From Candidatus Limnocylindria bacterium (GTDB lineage: Bacteria > Chloroflexota > Limnocylindria > QHBO01): a DNA stretch of 48,348 bases. The stretch covers positions 1 to 48,348 of the forward strand of contig JBGQCU010000001.1 of assembly GCA_041495495.1 (NCBI GenBank), given 5' to 3'. How positions within the stretch are numbered: position 1 is the stretch's first letter; the number at the start of each line of letters is the position of its first letter. Shown one piece after another: positions 42,395 to 48,348 of the stretch. The notes beneath the pieces are model-generated. The model made no database searches. It saw only the letters and a program-made list of their open reading frames with translations, and was not told the origin of the DNA. The translations under genes and the position numbers were made by a program.

Positions 42395-44578
42395 ATGACG
42401 AGCCCGGTCCGTGTGCCAACCCAGCCCGGCTATGACTTTGGCCTGCCGCCCGGGCTCGAGGGCCTGGGCGAGCTGGCCTACAACCTGTGGTGGACCTGGA
42501 CCCCGCGGGCGGGTGCCCTCTTCGCGCGGATCGACTCGGCGGCTTGGGCGCGCCATCGAAGCCCGATCCCGGTGCTCACCGCGCTCGAGCCGGGCCGCTG
42601 GGGCGAGCTGCTCGCCGACGAGGACTTCATGGTGGACGCCAGCCGCCTCCTCGACGAGTTCGATCGCTATCTTGCCAACGGGTCTGACTCGTGGTACCGC
42701 GCCGCCGCCGACTCCGATCCGGCAGCATCGCTGCCCGGTCCGATCGCCTACTTCTGCGCGGAATACGGCATCCACGAGTCGATGCAGATCTACTCCGGCG
42801 GCCTCGGCATCCTGGCCGGAGACCATTGCAAGTCGGCATCGGACGCGGCGCTGCCGTTCGTGGCGGTCGGCCTGCTCTACCGGCGCGGCTACTTCCGCCA
42901 GCAGATCGACGCGGACGGCCACCAGGAGCACGCGCAACCCGACCTGGACCCTGCCACGCTGCCGCTGCGTCGTGCCCGGGGACGCGACGGATCGCCGCTG
43001 CAGGTGAGCGTCGACTTCCCCGGCCGCAAGGTGCATGCCGCCGTCTGGGTGGCGCAGGTGGGGCGGGTGCCGCTCCTGCTGCTCGACACCGACATCCCCG
43101 CCAATGACGGACCGGACCGCCCGATCACCCACATCCTGTACGTCCGCGGCCGCGAGATGCGGCTCTGCCAGGAGCTGGTGCTGGGGATCGGCGGCGTGCG
43201 TGCGTTGCGCGGGCTTGGGATCGAGCCGGCGGCCTGGCACCTCAACGAGGGACATTCCGCCTTCCTGCTGCTGGAGCGTGCCCGCGAGCTGATCGAGGCG
43301 AAGCCCGGTTTGGCGGCCGACGAGGCACTGCGCCGAGTCGGCCGAAATGCCGTCTTCACCATCCACACGCCGGTCAAGGACGGCAACGAGCAGTTCGACC
43401 GGGGCCTCGCGGCGGGCCTGCTGGGCCCATGGCTGGATGCGTGCCACGTGCCTGCCGAGCGGCTGATGGAGCTCGGCCGCGGCCTTACCGATGACGCCGA
43501 GGCCCCGTTCGACATGACCGCCTTCGTCCTCCGCCACGCGACGGCGGCCAATGCCGTCAGCCGGCTGCACGGCGAGACCGCCAATGCCACCTGGCAGTCG
43601 CTCCTGTCTCAACCGATCGCGGCAATCACCAACGGGGTCCACGCCGCCACGTGGATCGGCCGGCCGATGCGGCGGCTCTACGAGCGCGCCACCGCACGCT
43701 CGCTCGGCAGTGACGCGCCCGGTCCCGACGCCTTCGATCGGCTGTCCGAGGTCTCGGAGACCGACCTGTGGGGCGCCCATCGGCAGCAGAAACGGGAGCT
43801 GGTCGAGTTCATGCGTCGCCGCCTGGCGCGCCAGTTCGCACGCCACGGCGAGTCGCCCAGCGTCCTGCGCGAGCTGCATGCCGCCTTCGATCCCGAGACG
43901 CTGACGATCGGCTTCGCACGACGCTTCGCGACCTACAAGCGCGCCGACCTCCTCTTCCATGACGAGGAGCGCCTTGCCAGGCTGCTGGGAGACGACGAGC
44001 GGCCCGTGCAGGTCGTGCTGGCCGGCAAGGCCCACCCTGCCGACCGCGCCGGGCAGCAGGTGATTCAGCGCATCTTCAGCCTGTCGCGCTCATCGGACCT
44101 TCGCGGCCGGGTCTTCATCCTCGAGGACTACGACATGCGCATCGCGCGATTCCTGGTCGGCGGCGTGGACATCTGGCTGAACAACCCGCGCCGGCCACTG
44201 GAGGCATCCGGCACGTCGGGCATGAAGGCCGCGATGAACGGGATCCCCTCGATCAGCATCCTCGACGGCTGGTGGGACGAGGGCTACAACGGCCACAACG
44301 GGTGGGCGATCGGCGGACGGGAGACGCTCGACGACGACGAGGCCCAGGACGACGCCGACGCCGAGGAGCTGTACCGGCTGCTTGAGGAGGAGGTCGCGCC
44401 GCGCTTCTACGCCAGGGATGCGAATGGCGTCCCGGGCGACTGGGTCGCAACCATGCGCGGCGCCATCGACGCCGCCATCTGGCAATTCAGCACGGCACGC
44501 ATGCTCGGCCAATACGTGGAGATGATGTATCGGCCCGCAGCGCGAGCGGCGCAGCCGGCCGCCGCCGGAACGGCCTGA
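42395..44578 (+). CDS. glgP: Alpha-glucan (glycogen/maltodextrin) phosphorylase, GT35
   Basis: 727 aa. Motifs LAYNLWWTW, YFCAEYG, GGLGILAGDHCKSASD, EASGTSGMKAAMNG (PLP-Lys region), and WWDEGY. Confidence 0.85.
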   Translation: MTSPVRVPTQPGYDFGLPPGLEGLGELAYNLWWTWTPRAGALFARIDSAAWARHRSPIPVLTALEPGRWGELLADEDFMVDASRLLDEFDRYLANGSDSWYRAAADSDPAASLPGPIAYFCAEYGIHESMQIYSGGLGILAGDHCKSASDAALPFVAVGLLYRRGYFRQQIDADGHQEHAQPDLDPATLPLRRARGRDGSPLQVSVDFPGRKVHAAVWVAQVGRVPLLLLDTDIPANDGPDRPITHILYVRGREMRLCQELVLGIGGVRALRGLGIEPAAWHLNEGHSAFLLLERARELIEAKPGLAADEALRRVGRNAVFTIHTPVKDGNEQFDRGLAAGLLGPWLDACHVPAERLMELGRGLTDDAEAPFDMTAFVLRHATAANAVSRLHGETANATWQSLLSQPIAAITNGVHAATWIGRPMRRLYERATARSLGSDAPGPDAFDRLSEVSETDLWGAHRQQKRELVEFMRRRLARQFARHGESPSVLRELHAAFDPETLTIGFARRFATYKRADLLFHDEERLARLLGDDERPVQVVLAGKAHPADRAGQQVIQRIFSLSRSSDLRGRVFILEDYDMRIARFLVGGVDIWLNNPRRPLEASGTSGMKAAMNGIPSISILDGWWDEGYNGHNGWAIGGRETLDDDEAQDDADAEELYRLLEEEVAPRFYARDANGVPGDWVATMRGAIDAAIWQFSTARMLGQYVEMMYRPAARAAQPAAAGTA

Positions 44579-44590
44579 CCGGCATCGGTC

Positions 44591-45916
44591 CTACGGCAGG
44601 TAGACCCGCGGGTTCTCCCAGATGCCGTGGTCGTTGATCGCGAAGTGGAGATGGCAGCCGGTCGAGTTGCCGGTCGACCCCTCGTAGCCGATGACCTGGC
44701 CGATGGCTACCACCTGGCCGGGGTGCACGATCACCTTTGCCCGCAGGTGCCAGTACCAGCTCTGGACGCCGGAGCCGTGGCTGATCACCACGCCGTAGCC
44801 CGAGTCCCACGGCCAGAGGGGCTGTCCCGAGGCCGCGACCGTACCCTTGCCGACGGCGCGGATCGGGGTGCCGCAGCCATTGGCCAGGTCGATCCCGCCG
44901 TGGAAGTGCGGGTAGTACTTGCCGCGATACGTATACGGCGGCTCGAGCAGGAAGGTGGTCGGTCCCCACTCCTGGGTCACGGTGAAATTGTCCTCGGGCC
45001 AGCGGAAGCCGAAGGCCGACGGCTGCTGACGACGAGCGTCCTCCTGCGCCTGCAGCTTGGCCACCAGCCTGGCGGCGGCCAGGGCGGCCTGCTCGCTGGC
45101 AGCAACCTGCGCCGCCACGTTGCCGCGCGCCTGGAGCGCCGCGTTGAGGGCAGCCTCCTGCTGTCGCTTCTTCTGGTCGGCGGCTGCCTTGAGCGTGGCC
45201 AGCTGCACCTCCATGGCGTCCAGCTCGGCCTGTCGGTCGGCGAGCACCCTGGCCTCGGCGTCGGCCTCGTCGCGAGCCGCGGCCAGCGCCTGCCGCCCTT
45301 CGCTGAGGGTGGACTCCTCGGAGAGAAGGCTCGTCCGCAGGCTGCGGATGTCAGTGGCCAGCTGCTGGTCTTCGTCCGAGACCGTGAGCAGGTAGCCGAC
45401 CTGGGTCGAGGCTGAGTCGAACGAGTCTGACGATAGGATCAGCTCGAGCAGGGAGGTCTGGCTGCGCTCGTAGGCGGAGCGGAGGTGCTCCTGCAGGAGC
45501 GATTCGCGGGTCTGCAGGTTCCGGGTCTCGACCGTGATCTGGGTCGCGACCTCCTGCATCTCCTGGTCCAGTGCGCCGATCTGCGCTTTCAGGTCATCCA
45601 GCCGCGCGGTGATGTCGGCGACCTGGCCCTTCACCTGCTCCAGCAGGCCGTTGACCCGGTTGTACTCCGCGGTCACGGCGGCCAGCTCGGACTTGGCCGC
45701 GTCGAGCCTGCCGGCCAGCGCGGTCGACCTCGCCTTCAGGTCGGCCAGGGCAGCGCGCTGCGCGCTCAAGGTCTTCTCGAGCGCCTTCTGCTGCGCCTTG
45801 GCATCGGCGAGCGGGTCCGCGGCCTGGGCCAAGTCGCGGGGAGAGGTGGGGACGATGCTCGCTCCGACCAACAGCAGGGCAATCAGCGTGATGGCCAGAT
45901 GAGATCGTCGCCTCAT
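44591..45916 (-). CDS. Secreted coiled-coil + M23 family metallopeptidase (EnvC-like architecture)
   Basis: Signal sequence MRRRSHLAITLIALLLVGASIV, then ~270 aa of Ala/Gln/Leu-rich coiled coil. M23 motifs HFHGGIDLA and GYEGSTGNSTGCHLHFAI. Confidence 0.85.
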   Translation of the reverse strand: MRRRSHLAITLIALLLVGASIVPTSPRDLAQAADPLADAKAQQKALEKTLSAQRAALADLKARSTALAGRLDAAKSELAAVTAEYNRVNGLLEQVKGQVADITARLDDLKAQIGALDQEMQEVATQITVETRNLQTRESLLQEHLRSAYERSQTSLLELILSSDSFDSASTQVGYLLTVSDEDQQLATDIRSLRTSLLSEESTLSEGRQALAAARDEADAEARVLADRQAELDAMEVQLATLKAAADQKKRQQEAALNAALQARGNVAAQVAASEQAALAAARLVAKLQAQEDARRQQPSAFGFRWPEDNFTVTQEWGPTTFLLEPPYTYRGKYYPHFHGGIDLANGCGTPIRAVGKGTVAASGQPLWPWDSGYGVVISHGSGVQSWYWHLRAKVIVHPGQVVAIGQVIGYEGSTGNSTGCHLHFAINDHGIWENPRVYLP

Positions 45917-46040
45917 GCGACGGTGTTCCGTGCGGTGTCCATTTGCCCAAAGGCCCCGTTACGTGCTCCAAAGGGATGCTACCCGGCCGTTCCGAGCGCG
46001 TGACGTGACCGAAAGGTACTACAACGCACTACACGACGGT

Positions 46041-46928
46041 TCAGGAAGGGGGCGCGGGGTCGTCGTCCTCCAGCACGTTTGCCCGGGCAATCTCCGCTCC
46101 GAGCAGCACCACCATGCTGGCGAAATAGAGGAACACCAGCAGGGTGATGACCGTCGAGATCGGCCCGAAGAAGCTCTCGTAGCGGGCCACATCGGTGGCA
46201 TACCACGTAAAGCCGATGCGCAGCAGCGTGAAGAGCAGGGTGGCAATCAGCGCGCCGGGCCAGACCTGGCGGAACGTCACGCGCCGGTTCGGCACGACCC
46301 GGTAGATGACCAGCAGCGCGACCAGCACCAGGAGAATCGGGACCAGGAGCCCGACCAGGTTGAGCGCGAGGCGCCCGCCCGTTCCGCCACCTGGCAGGTC
46401 GCTCGCCAGCCGCGCGGCGATCCCCGCCCCCAGGCCGATGCCGACCGCGATCAGCGCCAGCGCGCCGGCCGCCACCAGCAGCGACAGGCCGATCAGCTTG
46501 TCCTGCCAGAACGGCCGCCGGGTCGAGGTCGCGAAGGCGCGCCCCACCCCCGTGGTCAGGGCGCCGAAGAAGCCGAGCGCCCCCCATGCCAGGATCGCGA
46601 GGCTGACGAGGGTGATCCCGCCCCGCGAGGCGATGATGCTGTCCACCACGGCGCCGATGGTGCCCGGCTGCAGCGGGAGCGCCGCCTCGAGGCGCCCGAT
46701 CACGATCCGCCGCGCCTCGCCCTCGCCGATCACCAGGCTGAACACAACCACTCCCAGGACGATCACCTGGAAGAGGGAGAGGATCGCGAAGTAGGCCATC
46801 CCGCTCGCCACCTCCGGCCCCTGGTGATTCGCGAACCCGACGATCGCGCGGCGCCCGACCCGTGTGCTCCGCCGCTGGGCGGACCATCGGTCCAGGGCGC
46901 GCAGCAGCCGCTCCCATCGCTCCACCAT
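46041..46928 (-). CDS. YihY/BrkB (virulence factor BrkB / 'RNase BN') family membrane protein
   Basis: Motif GMAYFAILSLFQVIV and 6 TM helices. I prefer ATG 46928 (MVERWERLL...), which has a TAGCCT box 7 nt upstream. ATG 46967 would overlap the divergent gene. Confidence 0.65.
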   Translation of the reverse strand: MVERWERLLRALDRWSAQRRSTRVGRRAIVGFANHQGPEVASGMAYFAILSLFQVIVLGVVVFSLVIGEGEARRIVIGRLEAALPLQPGTIGAVVDSIIASRGGITLVSLAILAWGALGFFGALTTGVGRAFATSTRRPFWQDKLIGLSLLVAAGALALIAVGIGLGAGIAARLASDLPGGGTGGRLALNLVGLLVPILLVLVALLVIYRVVPNRRVTFRQVWPGALIATLLFTLLRIGFTWYATDVARYESFFGPISTVITLLVFLYFASMVVLLGAEIARANVLEDDDPAPPS

Positions 46929-46935
46929 CGGGGAG

Positions 46936-46945
46936 AGGCTACCCT
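46936..46945. promoter_or_regulatory. Overlapping divergent -10 boxes in a 23-bp intergenic region (AGGCTACCCT)
   Basis: Plus-strand TACCCT (46940-46945) lies 6 nt before GTG 46952. Minus-strand TAGCCT (reverse complement of 46936-46941) lies 7 nt before ATG 46928. The two boxes share the central TA. Both genes would be leaderless. Confidence 0.35.
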
Positions 46946-46951
46946 GTCGCC

Positions 46952-48346
46952 GTGCCGCCTGACGCATCCGTCCTGCTGGAGGTCGACGGCTTCGAGGTTG
47001 CCATCAGCAACCCGGGGAAGGTCTTCTTCCCCGAGGCCGGGATCACCAAGCTCGACCTGGCGCGTTACTACCTGGCCGTGGCGGAAGGTGCGCTGCGCGG
47101 GGTGCGCGACCGACCGATGGCGCTCAAGCGGTTCGTGAACGGCGTGGCCGGCGAGGCCTTCTTCCAGAAGCGCGCGCCCGCATCTGTGCCGCCATACGTG
47201 CGGACCGTCGAGCTCTCGTTTCCGTCAGGGCGCACCGCCGACGAGGTCGTGGTGAGCAATGCCGCCGCGCTGGCCTGGGTGGTGAACCTGGGCTGCATCG
47301 ACCTCAACCCGCACCCCGTGCGCGCCGATGACCTCGAGCACCCCGACGAGCTGCGGGTCGACCTGGACCCCGGCCCGGGCGTGCCATGGAGCGCCGTCCG
47401 GGAAGTGGCGCTCGTCGTTCGCGAAGTGCTGGTCGACCACGGCCTGACCGGCTGGCCGAAGACATCGGGCTCGCGAGGGATCCATGTCTATGCGCGGATC
47501 GAACGGCGCTGGGGATTCGGCGAGGTGCGGCGCGCCGCGCTGGCCCTGGCCCGCGAGGTCGAGCGCCGGGCTCCGGCACTCGCCACCAGCAGGTGGTGGA
47601 AGGAGGAGCGGCACGGCGTCTTCCTCGACTACAACCAGAACGCCAAGGACCGGACCGTGGCGTCGGCCTACTCCGTGCGGCCGGTGGCTGATGCGCGGGT
47701 ATCGGCTCCGCTGGTCTGGTCGGAGGTGCCCGATGCTGAGCTTGCGGATTTCACGATGATCTCCATGCTGGACCGATACGCCCGGCTCGGCGACGTCGGT
47801 GCCGGGATTGATGCTGCGGTTGGCTCGCTCGAGGGCCTGCTGGAGCTTTCCGCGCGGGACGAGGCGACCGGGCTGGGCGATGCGCCATGGCCGCCGAACT
47901 ACGTCAAACAGCCCGGCGAGCCACCCCGTGTCCAGCCGTCGAAGCGGCGCATGCCGATCGACCCACCTCCGCCGCCGGACCCATCCGCGCCGCGCGGGCG
48001 TTTGGGATCGGTGGCCCCCGCCATGCCGTCGCCGCCGGCCCGCGGCGCCGATGGCACCGCCTCTCCCACCGGCCGTCGCCGGTCGGCCCACCCGCTTCTG
48101 GTGATCAGCCAGGCCAAGGCCAAGAAGGACGCCCTGGCTGGCCTGGAGCGCTGGAGGGAGCGCTTCCCCAAGGCGTCGACGCACCTTACCGAGGACGACG
48201 TTCTCGTCGACGGCATGCGCGGCCGCTCCTCGTTGTGGTACCGAGTCCGAGTCAACCTGCGTCACGTCCCGGAGGACGAGCGCCCGCCGGCCGAGCCGCC
48301 CGACCCCGACTACGACCCGTGGGCCGAGTACCGCGATCGCAGGTAG
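46952..48346 (+). CDS. Stand-alone LigD-type NHEJ polymerase/primase (Pol domain) with Pro-rich linker and an extra ~75-aa C-terminal domain
   Basis: GTG 46952. LEVDGFEVAISNPGKVFFPEAGITKLDLARYYLAV..., FFQKRAP, TSGSRGIHVY, DYNQNAKDRTVASAYSVRP, and ...PPNYVKQPGEPPRVQPSKRR mark the end of the Pol domain. A PPPPPDPSAPRG... linker follows, then LLVISQAKAKKDALAGLERWRERFPKA...VLVDGMRGRSSLWYRVRVNL. Confidence 0.75.
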   Translation: MPPDASVLLEVDGFEVAISNPGKVFFPEAGITKLDLARYYLAVAEGALRGVRDRPMALKRFVNGVAGEAFFQKRAPASVPPYVRTVELSFPSGRTADEVVVSNAAALAWVVNLGCIDLNPHPVRADDLEHPDELRVDLDPGPGVPWSAVREVALVVREVLVDHGLTGWPKTSGSRGIHVYARIERRWGFGEVRRAALALAREVERRAPALATSRWWKEERHGVFLDYNQNAKDRTVASAYSVRPVADARVSAPLVWSEVPDAELADFTMISMLDRYARLGDVGAGIDAAVGSLEGLLELSARDEATGLGDAPWPPNYVKQPGEPPRVQPSKRRMPIDPPPPPDPSAPRGRLGSVAPAMPSPPARGADGTASPTGRRRSAHPLLVISQAKAKKDALAGLERWRERFPKASTHLTEDDVLVDGMRGRSSLWYRVRVNLRHVPEDERPPAEPPDPDYDPWAEYRDRR

Positions 48347-48348
48347 CG

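Noticed and set aside
42293-44035. Upstream 580 codons of the 1139-aa minus-strand ORF
   Set aside because: Antisense to glgP, which has unambiguous GT35 motifs. Protein-like sequence begins only at MDGYSVQDAAS (42289). The ORF was trimmed accordingly.
45917-46040. Possible cyclic-di-AMP (ydaO-type) riboswitch in the 124-nt leader of the M23 peptidase gene
   Set aside because: Cell-wall hydrolase genes often carry this riboswitch. I read the minus-strand leader and found only an isolated ACGGGG. The conserved GGUGAAUC and CAGCUAACC-type elements and the pseudo-symmetric helices are absent, and the region is short. An Rfam scan (RF00379) would settle it.

Overview
48.3-kb chromosomal segment with very high GC (about 70-77% in the housekeeping parts by my spot counts). 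Every frame therefore carries long Arg/Pro/Gly-rich shadow ORFs, and most long entries in the ORF track are artefacts. Gene content and gene organisation suggest a Terrabacteria-type genome, Actinomycetota- or Chloroflexota-like. The supporting signs are an OpcA-containing pentose-phosphate operon, many ATGA/GTGA stop-start overlaps, and TANNNT boxes 6-9 nt upstream of start codons (leaderless-style genes). I call 44 CDS and one gene remnant.

Housekeeping blocks:
- MoaD-MoaE fusion, Rieske protein and aldehyde dehydrogenase (0.05-3.3 kb).
- CruF/DUF422-like membrane protein and an M20 peptidase.
- fabD plus two tandem KAS-II genes with no ACP gene (5.9-9.4 kb).
- NUDIX hydrolase, an MFS transporter fused to a cNMP-binding domain, and a second MFS transporter.
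- cysS.
- A long minus-strand tkt-tal-pgi-gnd-zwf-opcA-pgl operon with four small unknown genes appended (25.8-36.5 kb).
- pncA, a DHA2 MFS transporter, marR, and an ICMT-like methyltransferase.
- An HTH/acidic disordered protein, glgP, an M23 peptidase, a YihY-family protein, and a stand-alone LigD-type polymerase.

The most unusual region is a visibly lower-GC (about 55-65%) envelope island of roughly 11 kb (14.7-25.8 kb). Its core is a tightly coupled 5-gene operon:
- a GtrA domain fused to an HprK-like P-loop kinase domain,
- a GT-C (PMT/ArnT-like) glycosyltransferase,
- a tail-anchored PLC/AcpA-type phosphoesterase,
- a repeat-containing LysM protein,
- a tail-anchored GH99-like hydrolase.

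Flanking this operon are a second GH99-like protein, a DNRLRE-domain protein and a truncated polyprenol-phosphate-sugar synthase (GT2) remnant. I see no rRNA, tRNA, CRISPR array, transposase or integrase. All family assignments rest on motifs recognised by eye and need HMM or BLAST confirmation.
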